The notes below the pieces were generated by a model that saw nothing but the letters and a program-made list of their open reading frames with translations, made no database searches and had not been told where the DNA came from. 64,000 nt of DNA from Chrysomallon squamiferum (Eukaryota > Animalia > Mollusca): the NCBI GenBank assembly GCA_012295275.1, contig CM022669.1:4030001-4094000 (forward strand). Reading direction: 5' to 3'. Numbering within the stretch: position 1 is the stretch's first letter; every line of letters begins with the position of its first letter. Shown piece after piece: positions 14,240-27,600 of this stretch. The position numbers and the translations under genes are program-made.

Positions 14240-14274
<35 letters not shown>

Positions 14275-14793
14275 TTTTACTTTTTGTTTTCTTCTTTTGG
14301 ACGTTTAAATAAATGTTGAAACAAACAATAATCATAGCACCATCTTAATACATTATTAACAGTAACAGTCAGTGAACAAGTGGTTGTGAAACTTGTTTCT
14401 ACTACTCTGAGGTCAACTCTTATGAATGAACAGCAATGTCTCTTTTTCAAACACTATTCCATAAACAAAAATGCATATACATTCATAGGTGGATAAACTG
14501 ACTATAGGAAATTGCACAGTAAGGGACTGATCCTGGATTATACTGAACTTCAGGACAACACTATTCTTTGATCGAACTACTAAATTATAAATATCAATAT
14601 AATTTGGACAGAAAAATATTAAATACAAACCAAACCTTTCAGCTAATATTTCCTTCACTGTGACAAATGGGGCTGGTTCAAATTTTTGTCTGATTTCCTA
14701 AAGTTTAAACAAATTTACTGTGAATAAAATATAGATAAATCTTCAAATGAACAAAAATAAAAATAAAAATAAAAATAACTTATTAATAAAATA

Positions 14794-14847
<54 letters not shown>

Positions 14848-17800
14848 TTCATGACAATTAAATAATTAGAATATACATTATTATCAGTAACTGCAAAACT
14901 GCATGATAAAGGAAGACCTGTGCCAGTTGTACAATAAGCTGCTTTTTTTTCTGATATCAGCAAAGGATCTTTTATATTCACTTTATAATAACATTATAAC
15001 ATACGACATATCAAATAGTTTTCTGAGTAGACAGAAGAATGCAAAAGAAGCCATTAGTTATCCCAAGCAAATAAATAAAGACTGGTTTCAAATTAGAAAT
15101 CTGGATTAACATTTTCTACATACATTGCTATAGTTATTCAGCTAGCAAATAATTAAAGCTCAGAATAATTAGTCAAATTTTTCAAATAAAGTTGATACAA
15201 ATTACACAAAATATACAAAATGAGGAAACATACTTTTGAAAATTCTTTTAGAATGACTTTTTCAATATTAATATCTTCATCAGCTTCAAAACACATCCTG
15301 GCTTTGGAAAATTCAACAGCTTTCTTTATCTTTGCTTCATAAAAGTTTGTAGCTTTAAACACAGGCTTGTTTGTCTCGGCTCTAAGTCTGTAAAATGTCT
15401 CTGTTTCCAAGGAATCGTACCATCTGACAGATTTGCCTGAGAAAACCAAAACTACTGGTTTAAACTTGTGTTCAGTCCTGACATCACACACAGAATTCTT
15501 TCCACCATCATCTGATATTCTCTGAGGGATTTTTGGATTGAAAGGTTCACAATCTGACGTTCTGTTTGAGTTTTCAGTACTTGGTAATTCTTTTGCCATT
15601 TCTGAATTGTATGGCTCATTAGCTGATATTCTGCTTTTGGTTTCACAACTGGATGGTTCATCAAGTGATATTCTTCTTTTGGTTTCAGATCTAGATGGCT
15701 CATTAGCTGATATTCTGTTTTTGATTTCTGAACCAGCTAAATCACAACCATGTGTAATTATTTTGACTTTTTCTTGCCTTAAAAAAGATTCCGTTAGTTC
15801 AGACTCATCGACAAAATAACCAAGAAGAGAGAATCCCAGTGACACACCAGAACTGAAAGATTTAACCATCAGAGATTCTAAATGAGTGACATACACCAGC
15901 TGAGAGTTTCTTTCAGAGAACTCCTTACCACTCACACCCAAACCTTCACCATCATCAGTCTTTAACAAGTTTGGAGAAAGTTTAGTTTTGACATTACTTT
16001 TCACTGGAGTAGCAAGAACAGTACAGTCTGTCAAACACAGCTGTAAATATATCACATAATTTGACTGAGGCGTCGATACTTCAACCCTGCCTAACTCTGT
16101 CTCTGGTTCACACACAGCACCACTGTACTCAGATACAATTTTTTCAGTTATGATTTCACCTTTATTTACACCTACAAAACATTTATTCAGTCCTGGCTGA
16201 GCTCTAGGACATGCTATAGGTTTTCCAGGTGAGATCTGAAGACAAGATTCGTCACAGGTGTGTTTGTGAGACACCTGAGGACACACAACTATGTCCATTC
16301 TTCCTGTGTCATCTGACAGGGTCAGATGTCCAGAGTCAGGAGAAAACTCAAATAATCCAGTGAGAATCTGGAGAAAAAAAGAATGTAATGTTATTTTAAA
16401 TGGTGAATGATAAATTCAACACAATGATATGTGAATGTGTGCATAAATGATTGAACGAGAACATCTCAAATATTAATTATATAACCTATGTTTTGTGATA
16501 AAAACTTTAAAAAATACTTCGAAGTTCAAAACTAGGTATATATTATTTATCAATTTTATAATCTATGTTTTGTGATAAAAAAAATAAAAAAATACTTCAG
16601 AAGTTCAAAAGTAGGTATATACTATATACCCTGTGATAGAGACTGTAATAGTGAAACTTCTGGAACTTGTAAAGTAGGAACATACTGCATCCCATATTCT
16701 GATTTATGCAAACTTTAATACAGCAATTCCTTACCTGTTGAGGATTCTTCCCAATGACCTGAGGGAGATAACCCCAGCTATGCTGTTTACTGTAGGTGTG
16801 TTCAGAAACTTCCTCAGAAGAGTACATACTATTTAGGGTATCAGGGTTTGTTTCCAAACTTTTAGCTGAATGTATCAACTTTCTGATTTGTTGCAGCATG
16901 GGTATTCTTCTACTGGATGACTGGAATACAGTGAAGAAAATAGTTTGTGTATTACAACATCCTGACATAATTTTAATACAGTATTTAATTGCTTTTAATA
17001 AATATTATTGTACATAGTTTTGATTTATTGGTACCAAATCACTGGCTGCTGTGTGACTTACTTCCAAATCAAAGTAACAAAACTTCACTGTTTTATCATA
17101 ATTATTATGATAATACTCAAAAATTATAACCCCTTTCCTTTTTAATTTAAAATCAATTTCTCCAAATAATTCCATGACTAATTTCATAATAAAAACATTT
17201 CTCTTAAGCTAAATAATAATCTATGTATTTAAAACAGAAATTATATTTGCTACATCTTCATCTTAACTAACAAAGTAAAATACCTCCAGTTCTGTTATCA
17301 GACAATGATGAGGAGCACTCAAAAACTCAGCAACCAGATTTCGTGAAGTCGTTTTCTCCATGTAACAAAATGATGATATAATTTGGAACATCACATCTTC
17401 AGTTTGTCTGTTGTCCCTGCAGATATTCAGTTCTGATTTTGAAAATATCAACTGCATTTTTATAAGGAAATATCTTGCATAATTTAACGAGTAAAATAAA
17501 AATTTTAAACCTACTGTATGAATTTTCATTTTAAAAATAGTACTGCAGTAATAAAAGTGCATTAATTTAAATTAAGTAAAATTTTATGAAAAAGATGGAC
17601 TGATTTTATGTTGGAGGTAGATCTTACACAGCTACATGGTATCTGAAACCAAACATGTATATCACAATACTAATTATATTAGCTGTAACTTATAAACATA
17701 AAATCCAAATAGGATTTTATTGGTGAGTTCTTTTTAACTGCCATGCTAAAATAACAGAAAAATGAATAGAATATACTACTTCAGTTGTATGTGATCTTAA

Positions 17801-18865
17801 GATCAATATTAATATTTATACCTTTAGTGGTATGAACTAAAATTAATGGTCTAAATGCATGTATAGTTTTGTCTATGAAACAATATTATTAAATAAAACA
17901 ACTGCAAAGATGAGAAATGGAAATATTCAGTAAAAATCATTGCTATTCTTTATTGTTAGAAAAGACTGGTTGTTACACATAGAAAACACTGAAAGTATTC
18001 TTTAAAAAAGTATTTAAACTGTTTGTACCTATAAAAAACATACTTTGAATGATCTGTTTATCAGTAATGTAAAATGTAAACTAAGAATGAATTCTGTTAA
18101 GATATTTAAGCAATACTAGTTACTAAAATTCCAGACATACTTAGTTTTGTTGTTAATTCTTTGAATCATGTTTAGTAGACTGTTGATCTCACTGCCATTC
18201 AGACCATACATCACAATAATCTGTACTACTGGATTATTTGGTGAAAACTGAGATACCTGCAGTGAAACAGAAATTAGGTGTGAAAATTCAAGAAAAAGGG
18301 CTCTATGATTATCTTAAGTTATCGAATACTTTTCCCTGGTTTTTGTATTTTTTCACTGCAATGTTTAGATTTGCTATAGACAACTATTACTAAATGTAAG
18401 GATTATAATAAATTTACATCATTATAAAAGGGTGTTTTTTTTGTTTATTTGTTGTTTAGTTTGTACAAATCATGCTATGTAGATCTTGCAGACTGAATTC
18501 ATCAAGATGAACCAAAAATTAAAGAAATACATCAAGTAATTTGAAAGCATGATATATTACAAGACTATTTTTAGTTCCAACAAGCAAAACAATGATAATG
18601 TATCAAAGGCCATAGAGGTTCAAGTTTGTTCTTTTTCTCTTCTGTGGAAATATATTTATAAAACACCTCTTGTCTTGATGATAAACACTGATCATATATT
18701 TGTGCCTGTATTTGTTTTTTTATAAACAGTATTAATTATAATTAATATTATAAATTTGCTGCTGACACTTTAAATACCTTTGTGAAACTGGATGCTGAAT
18801 CTGTGCACTCTTTTAACAACTTTTATGCATGATTTTATACAGCACTGAAGATGAATTTGGCTTTC
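10130..18865 (-). CDS. CTC1: CST complex subunit CTC1, 3' portion (5' exons lie in or beyond the gap)
   Basis: Phase-consistent GT-AG exons 18256-18141, 17416-17284, 16920-16735, 16367-15234, 14697-14636, 13992-13874, 13184-12950, 12288-12055, 11769-11625, 11368-11233, 10248-10130(stop). A probable further exon at ~18865-18778 has an unresolved phase. Motifs recalled from vertebrate CTC1: RNLVAEFLSAPHHC, ILTGLFEFSPDSGHLTLSDDTG, YPLGLVPGAGVMFTRLERHLSAAGTVYC, VLVDDGSASAVV...LLCLSCEEW, HPYLQLECLNIEE. Confidence 0.9.
10815..10939. repeat. (AAT)n(AAC)n microsatellite in the last CTC1 intron
   Basis: Directly visible. Confidence 0.9.
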
Positions 18866-19076
18866 CTGAAAAGATTAAGAAAGTAATGAATTCTAATATA
18901 GTAATTAGGAAGAAATATATATTTATATAAAATGTTATATTTTCTATACCAAATATTAGAGATAGAATGAATTCCTAAATTATTCATGTAACTACTTCTG
19001 GAAACAGAAATGTAAAACCAGAATAGCAGGTCAGATTAAGAAATATTCTTACTATAAAATGAAGATAAAATGAAAA

Positions 19077-19276
19077 NNNNNNNNNNNNNNNNNNNNNNNN
19101 NNNNNNNNNNNNNNNNNNNNNNNNNNNNNNNNNNNNNNNNNNNNNNNNNNNNNNNNNNNNNNNNNNNNNNNNNNNNNNNNNNNNNNNNNNNNNNNNNNNN
19201 NNNNNNNNNNNNNNNNNNNNNNNNNNNNNNNNNNNNNNNNNNNNNNNNNNNNNNNNNNNNNNNNNNNNNNNNNNNN
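19077..19276. other. Assembly gap (200 N) joining two contigs
   Basis: Run of exactly 200 n. The genes on both sides (CTC1 and the EGF-TM gene) lack their 5' parts at this point. Confidence 0.99.
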
Positions 19277-19639
19277 ATGTTATAATAAAGATATACATCT
19301 AACCGGATAAATGGATTTTTAAGGATTTTTGAACAGATAAATAAACAGAAATGATTTTCATTAATCGACTATTGCCTATAATTATTGCTTTGTATTCAGC
19401 TATGATAAAATCTGCCAGTTGATGATGATGACAATGACGATGACGATGATGATGATTTTAATGATAATGAAGATAACAGTAACAATAATAAATAGATAAA
19501 TGATTTCTTTCATGATTATTTTTGGTTGAATTAGAATTGTGTTTGTGTGTGTGTATGCTTAGGGTGTCTATGTGTATTTCTGTTTATTTTTTCTAAATTT
19601 TGTATTTCACAGTACATTTTTAAACTTTACATTCCTTAG

Positions 19640-20555
19640 ACGTAAACGAATGCGATGTTAACACGACTTGCACGACAGGATACTGTATCAACACGGTGGG
19701 AAATTACCTGTGTTTATTTCTGACACAACAAGATGACACGGAAAGCAGTAAGCAATACATCAGTTACTACCAATACCATATCAGTACTGTAGATAATAAA
19801 CCACAGGTGATGTAGTATAACTATTATATTCACAAATTTAGAACTGTTCGCTTATTTCAGTTGTTGTTAAAACACATGATTGGTTTTATTTATTGCAACT
19901 GTAAGTCTTTTTCCGTTTGTGTCCATTAACTTGTTTGTTAAAAGACGTGGTATGTACTTTCATATTTATGGAAAAGCGGGTATTAAATGTTGTTTATATC
20001 ATTTAAAGAATAGCGCGTTGTAGTCGTTTTACATACAGTTTATACAAAACAGCAAAACCAAATGAACCCAATAAAGAAGAAACACCACTAATACCGAAGC
20101 AAACCTGTTAGTCGTTAAAACTAAATAGTGTCGAGTTGCTTAAGACAACTATTCTTTTACTTCTTTTTAACTTTTGCTTAAATTGTATGAGGATTATTGT
20201 TACTATGTTTTATAAATTGTATGTATGTGTGTGTGTGTCTGTGTGTGTGTGTGTCTGTGTGTGTGTGTGTTAGTATGTCTGTATGTATGTCCTAATTTTA
20301 GAAAAAGACACTTCAGAAGAAGAAAAGCCGTCAGCGCCTAGCGATGTCCAGAACGCACAATACACACATCCAGTCAAAGGTTTCACTCCGGCTGTGGCAG
20401 CCCTGACCTGGCTGGCACTGATCACCGCTGTGGTTGTAGGAATAGGAATAATTAATGTTCACTACTGCAGGAATCGCCAGAGACATCTAGCGAGGCAGAA
20501 GAGAACATCAGCAAGTTCTCAAACCACGTCGACTGCAGCAGAGCATGTCTGTTAG
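19640..20555 (+). CDS. Last two exons of a type I membrane protein (truncated Ca-binding EGF + linker + TM + basic tail); probable paralog of the downstream collagen gene
   Basis: Exon 19640-19747 (phase 1/1) reads (D)VNECDVNTTCTTGYCINTVGNYLCLFLTQQDDTES. It splices in frame to 20302-20555 with TM AVAALTWLALITAVVVGIGIINV, then HYCRNRQRHLARQKRTS...EHVC*. Confidence 0.8.
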
Positions 20556-20781
20556 CGGACACCAATTAAAATAACAGTAATTGTCACCTGATTTACCTTC
20601 CTGTGTGGTTTTCTCTTGTTATAATACGTTCCTGTACAGATCGAAGGAAGAAAATGAATACTGAATTTTTCTCAGTATGCTTAATGTAAAGTCCTAAACA
20701 CTGAACAAAATTAATAATAATTCACCAAATTTATAAAGAGACGTTAAAAAATTACGTTTATTTATTTGTTTTAAACTAATC

Positions 20782-20813
<32 letters not shown>

Positions 20814-21501
20814 TTTCAAATAAAACTTAAAAGAGTGAATTGTCTGTTGTGTATTTTTATTTATTAATACCAAAGACTTTATCGTGTACAGATAAGCGCA
20901 TACGATAGCCAGTGAAGTATATTTATGGCCTGCTATTCTGTAGGCTAACATTCTGTCACTAATATTATAATGTAAATGAATATTTAAAACTAAATAAATA
21001 CATAAATACTCGGCAGCTGTCAGTTGTAAGCATTTACTTGCCTGTATTAACTGAGTCCAAGATTTCGATCATAGTCAACATTTATAGATCAGCATATAAC
21101 AGCATACATTAGGTATACGTATATACTTACTTAGTGGGAAATGAATGAAATTAAAAAGAAGGTATTTAAGTAGACGTGTACGTTTCTATGTCTGTCCTTT
21201 GTTTACAGTTTTACTAATTAGGACGTTACGTAATTCCATTGTAATACTTTTTTCTTGTTACAACCGCATTTCAGGTTTTTGTGTTTAGATATGTATGTTT
21301 AGTTTAAATAATATTAATACTGTAAGAGTGCTTATCAACTCAATCATCAGTGCAGTTGTTTACCATATTTCCTGTTCCAACTAGGACGCAGCAACTAATT
21401 TATGAAAGAACATAGTATTTGATTTGATTTGTAAGGTGTGTTGCGTCTAATCGAAATGTCTTGTGAAAAATAACTCCACATGATCTCCTTTCTCGCATTA
21501 T

Positions 21502-21537
<36 letters not shown>

Positions 21538-22869
21538 TCAGTATAAATATAAAATAAATAAAATAATGGTAAATAAATAAAAAAGAAAAGCAAAAATAGT
21601 AATAGTTCATAATAGCAAACAAACAAATCAAATCAAATACGAAACAATCCCTAATAATTATTATAATATACAGAATTGGTTTTATATAAATTAAACACTC
21701 ACAGATTTTTAAAAATAAAGATAAATAATACTCGTTATTATTTGTATCAGCTTTGTGTTATAGTTCACGGGTGCTTTCATAAGAAGACCCTCCCCTAGAT
21801 GAAAAGTAAGGACTTCCTCCTTCACGTCATAGCATTTAATATTTTGATTTGAAATAGATACGCGACTTATGTGTAAAGGGCTGAACACACAGAAACTACA
21901 GGAACGATCAACCCGTAGAGGCTGAATCGATAGATGTGAAAAAAGTGTGTGTGAGGGGCAGGGCTATGTGCATTGAATGTCAAATTACCTTTCGTAGAAT
22001 AAACAGAACCACTCATAACATTACAAAAAAATTTAAACATTTTTTAATAGCAGGTGTGAGTTCCCTCTTGAAACCCAGCCTTGAACTGCTCCTGTTTATG
22101 CTAACAAAACTGCAGCATGGACCAGTCACGGACAACACGTGCAAAGACATCACGTGATATTATGTGAATTGCCACATTCATAATAGAGAAAACGCCTGGG
22201 TGGGTTACTCCTGACGTTGAAGTTGCTGCCGTTGTTCACAACCACCCTAAATAATTTGCGCAGTGTGAGATGTTGTAGTCGTCAGGCTGGAGTAAGTGTT
22301 CCTCTGGTAAGCACAAAGTAGAGCGATTATATAACAGCTGTTATTATTAGTAGTATTATTTAAAAACTAGTAATAAAAACTGAATAATTAGTGTTTTAAA
22401 GATGTTATATTACCTGAAGTCAAAGCCTAGGAATTATGAGAATTGTTCAGCCGATTTTGTTTTTTTTAGAAATAATTGACTAAAACACTTTTAATTTTTT
22501 TTTAAATTTTCACAATAGTTAATTTCAGTATTGCCGCACACGATCAGAACGACTTCGGCGCGCCTACAGAGCTGTTATTGGCTCCAGCAAGTACTTCAGC
22601 TTAGGTTTTTTTCAAAAACTGATATTTTTTCCCCTATCACGAGAAGGCGCATATAAAAACCTTTTTTTCAGCTAATCGTAAAGAGGTAATTTTAAAATAG
22701 CAGCTGCTGATTACCTCTTGTTTAATCATCGTCATATCTTTTCAGCTTGAAAATTAAATATTAAATAACGATATTTAATAATATAGTCTTATTTCAAAAT
22801 TAATATTTATTTTATATTTTATTTTAATTTTTAAAGTCTTTCAGACTGGTGTGGAATATTCGCCTAGAC

Positions 22870-22945
22870 ATGACTCAGTCTGTCATAGCTTTGTGCGTTT
22901 TCTCTGCTCTTTTATCAGTCATAAGGTGTCAGGTAGCTCTTCGTG
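22870..22945 (+). other. Signal-peptide exon of the collagen gene
   Basis: [20 protein letters not shown]|QVALR has a hydrophobic core and a small residue at the likely cleavage site. It is preceded by a tttcag acceptor and followed by a strong gtaag donor, phase 1, matching the next exon. Confidence 0.75.
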
Positions 22946-23660
22946 GTAAGCAATTGCACTTTCATTTTAATGAAATTTCATATTTCATTTTAATCAAATC
23001 GTACTTCTGTACTGACACCCCTATATAATTAATATTAATGTGCTATAAGGATTAATGGTAATAATGATCATTATGATAGTAATAGTAATAATAGTACTGA
23101 TATTAGTATTAATAGTAATACTAGTCATTAGTTTTCCCAGTAATAGTAGTTACATTATTAGTAATAATATAATATTCTATTAAATGATATGAACAAATTA
23201 ATCTTTAATACTAATATATATAGTATTTGATATACGACAAAGATGGTTCATACGTTTACGTTCACAGCTGTTAGTTCTGAATAAGTTAAGCATTCTAATC
23301 GTCATTGTAATAATTGAAATCATATATTTTTGTTCTCTCGTTACGTCCTCAGACTGGAGCTTCTTGTACGAGATCGATGGTCTGAGCGGACTCGCGCGCT
23401 GTGGGTTTCCCTCGGACACGAAAGGTGAAGACTACTACAAGGAAGGTGGGAACACGATATGGATTAACCACGAGTTTCCTCTGCTCACTGGACATCTAGT
23501 TCAAGTCCAGTACTACATCCACACCAACACTGACACCAACTACACCGGCATGATATACATATTCGAAAAACTAGAGGGAACACTACATCGGCTTCAGTTC
23601 CAGCAAAATATAACTTTCAATCGCAATCAAGGAGTGCATCTGGTAACTTTTTTTTGTTTT

Positions 23661-23711
<51 letters not shown>

Positions 23712-24536
23712 TTTTTTATATTTTTTTCTTTTATTTGTTATTTTGTCTTAAATAGCAGATGTACAATGAAGTAATTACTGGCGTTGTTCTAAGTGTTTTG
23801 TTTTACTCGGCATATTTTTGACCAGAATATTTGTTAATTATTACATACTTTTATATGGTATGTTTGCAAAATGAAAATGGTTACAAGTATTAGCGATAAT
23901 TTCGTATTCCTGTACTTCCATCATGTCGAATAGAGAATTATTACTTTTCCCCACAGGTGAACATTACTGGATGGCCCATTGTGCAGGCAGGGTGGTTGTT
24001 GGGCTGGAGATTTGTGGAAAGTGTTGGACCCATCAGTTACAACGTGTCGAGTAAGGAACAACAAGGAACACAGGTTTTTCAGATTCCGTTTGGCACAACA
24101 TTCGTGGTTGGACAAAACTACTCGATACCATCATTTGTGAAGACGTACTATTTCAAAATAGAAGCCATTATTAAAGTCAGTAAGTAACCTCGATTGAGGA
24201 GTGGGTGACTGTTACGGATATTCCATTAACTTGTATAAAAATATCATTTGTTTTTAATCAACGTCTGTTAAAACGTCTTATATATTTTGTAATAAAGGCA
24301 AAGGACTGACGTAAACAGCACTGTTTTTGCCCACTGGGTTTTCTTTTTAAAATACAATTTAGTTTGTCCTTCATTACTTACGACAGTATTCAAGTATGTT
24401 TAAATATGAATTTGATATTAAATGTATTTTAATGTATTATAAATTAGCATTGTATTTCAAAATATTCTATTGACACCCACAGCCGATTATGTTTGTGTTT
24501 TTATTTCATTTTGTTTATTTAATTTGTTTTCCATTT

Positions 24537-24623
<87 letters not shown>

Positions 24624-27600
24624 CTACTATTTTTTATTTTTTATTTATTTTTATTTACTATTCCTAGTTTTTCTATTTTGCTGCTGTAGTTAGTGATGTG
24701 TGTTTTGTAATTATTCAGGACTGGCAGGTGCCACGGGTGAGAGTGGGGCGGCTGGAGCTGAAGGTGTGACGGGTGTGTCCGGGCAGACTGGAACACCTGG
24801 ATTAGCAGGTGTTGCAGGTGCCGCAGGCGCTCAAGGTGCCGATGGTCTAGCAGGACAAACCGGAATGACCGGAGTTGCTGGACAAGCGGGGTCACCTGGT
24901 TTGATTGGGATAACAGGAGTATCTGGAGTCACCGGCTCTGCGGGGTCTGCAGGAATTACGGGTGTGTCCGGCGTGACAGGAGCAGTCGGGAGTCCTGGTG
25001 TCACAGGGCAGACGGGTGTCAGAGGGTTTGCTGGTTCTGCTGGAATCACTGGCGTGAGCGGAGGGACAGGTCTTCAGGGATTTCCAGGTACTGTTAAATA
25101 AAAACGTGAATTGTTTCGAATGTTCTTGCATTAAAGCAAAACTGTTAGAACTTTACATTTTCACTTTGTTTGGCTACTGAAATATCAGAAATATATTTTC
25201 AAAGAGATTCCAAAAAATGCTTTGAGCAAAGGATAATTTGGTAACTAATACATCTTCATTTTTGTTTTTGTTCGTACACATACATACTGGATTTTAATTT
25301 ATCTATTTAAAGCTACATTTAATATCCCACTTCCCATCTGCTTTTATACTGAATACGAAAGGCAACATTTACATACATTAATAATGAACAACGATAATAT
25401 TCTAAGTAACTTCTCTGCAGCTAATTTCGAATCATTTGATGCCAAAGTTTATTACTCAACAAATGATTACATTCCAGGTCACACTGGCAGCTCAGGAATC
25501 GCTGGTGTGGCAGGATCAGCAGGGGTGACTGGAATTAGCGGAGCTACTGGTGCTGCAGGTCTGAAAGGAGAACGTGGAATAATTGGGAAAACGGGAATCA
25601 CAGGAGCCACTGGTCCAGCCGGCAATGCAGGTATGGTTGACAGCTTACCAAGTTGTACTCAGAAAATAAAACCAACTCTAAGCATATAATTGTGTTAAGA
25701 TGTATTGGTACAAATGACTAACAATTTAATTCTCAGGTCCATCAGGAATCACTGGACTCACAGGACCTCCTGGACTTGTTGGTATAACTGGACTGACTGG
25801 GTCTGTAGGCGTGACAGGAATATCGGGTGCGACAGGAAGAACTGGCATACAAGGGTTTCATGGGATTACAGGAATATCAGGACAAACTGGTGCTGCAGGT
25901 TCGTTACAGACATTGTACTTGAAAATGTAAACTTAGCTATCACTTACTGACAAGATCTTTTAAAGTATATCCGTGATTGTTTATTTTATATATATTGTAA
26001 AAATTTCGAAATCTTATATTTTATATACATGTATATTGTATACATTTTAAACTATTAGAAATGAGCTATTGAGATCTAGTTTTAATTTTAACGTTTGACG
26101 CCCAATAGCTGATATTTTGTATATGTGCGTGGTTGGTCGGTATCGTTAAGATGTATCACTAATATTTATATCATATTTATAACCAGGAATCAACTTCTGT
26201 TATCATTCTTATATATTTTGTAATCCAGGCAAAGGCAAAGTTGTTTGTGTTTCTACAGAGCTCTAAATGAGTTATCGTTACGTTTTACGCTTTGCTTCAT
26301 TACCTAGGACCTCGAGGAGTAACGGGAGTTTCAGGTATGTCGGGTCTGGCAGGCATCACTGGAATATCAGGACAAACTGGTCTTCAAGGCGCAGCAGGTT
26401 CACCAGGCGTGACAGGTAACTTCACTAAACAGAATACTGGCTTTTTCTACGTTGGATAGGCCGTTGAATAACTAATAACCTTTGTTTAAAAAAATCCTAG
26501 CCGTCGTTGAAATTTTTCTTTTCTGAACTGTTTTTGAAGGTTATGTAAATTTTTTCAGACACCTGCAAATTGTCTTTTCATTTTCTTTAGGTTTGTCTGG
26601 ATCTGAAGGTTCTACAGGTAGGGCAGGAGCGCAAGGATTTACAGGTGTTAGCGGGGTCACCGGTTCTACTGGTGTCGTTGGACTTCCTGGTTTAACAGGT
26701 CATACAGGAATTCTGGGTCCTGCTGGTGCTGCAGGAATTACTGGAATTTCAGGAGCTACTGGAATAGCCGGGTTAAGAGGTTCAGATGGCGGTACAGGAA
26801 TAACGGGCATATCGGGAAGAACTGGGGTTCAAGGTCAAAAGGGGTCACCAGGTCAGCCGGGGATTACTGGACTTTCTGGTCAAGCTGGAATAACGGGGAC
26901 AAGTGGACGTACTGGTGTAGCTGGTCCGGCAGGTTTAACGGGTCAAGTAGGTGGAACGGGACAACCGGGTTTTGCAGGGATAACTGGAATTTCTGGTGTC
27001 ACTGGTCAGCAAGGTAAACATCTTGTTTATTAAACTAATCTTAATTATTGACATATCATGGTAAAAAATTAAATGCAGCTTGATGTTTGTATGACCGGTT
27101 TTCATTCAAATGTATCAGTTAAAACGTAAAGAAGTTTGCTTAACATCTAAAATTAATGATGTATGTACTAAAATAAAATGTAGTTGTATATATGTGAAAT
27201 TATACTGGATTTACAACTCATTACAAGTAGACATATTCTCAGTTGTCACTTGATGTAGATAAAAGCAGATATATTAAATGTGTGCTACTGTCATATTTCA
27301 GGTATAAAAGGAGATCGGGGTGGCCTCGGTTTACCTGGTTTCACTGGACGGATTGGTCAGACAGGAGGGACAGGAGCACATGGCCAAAGTGGCGTTTCAG
27401 GAAGAACGGGTATTCCTGGAGCTACGGGAATAACAGGACCTCCAGGTTCTATTCAAACCTTTTCGGGAATTAGTGGAATTCCTGGTGCACCTGGTTTAAC
27501 AGGACACACCGGTATAACGGGGACAGCTGGATCACCAGGTCTAGCTGGATCTGCAGGAATATCTGGGCAAACAGGAATAGCTGGAGCTCCTGGAAGGACT

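Noticed and set aside
14413-14635. ORF 14413-14658 as an extra CTC1 exon
   Set aside because: Only 14697-14636 is needed. Its phase-2 donor joins 13992 in frame and restores the expected SFSGTLVSIKG motif, so the rest is intron read-through.
16486-16625. Two-copy ~77-bp duplication in a CTC1 intron (and a two-copy ~26-bp one at ~12565-12616)
   Set aside because: These are ordinary local slippage duplications with no sign of function.
18984-19298. ORFs spanning the N run
   Set aside because: They are artefacts of the assembly gap.
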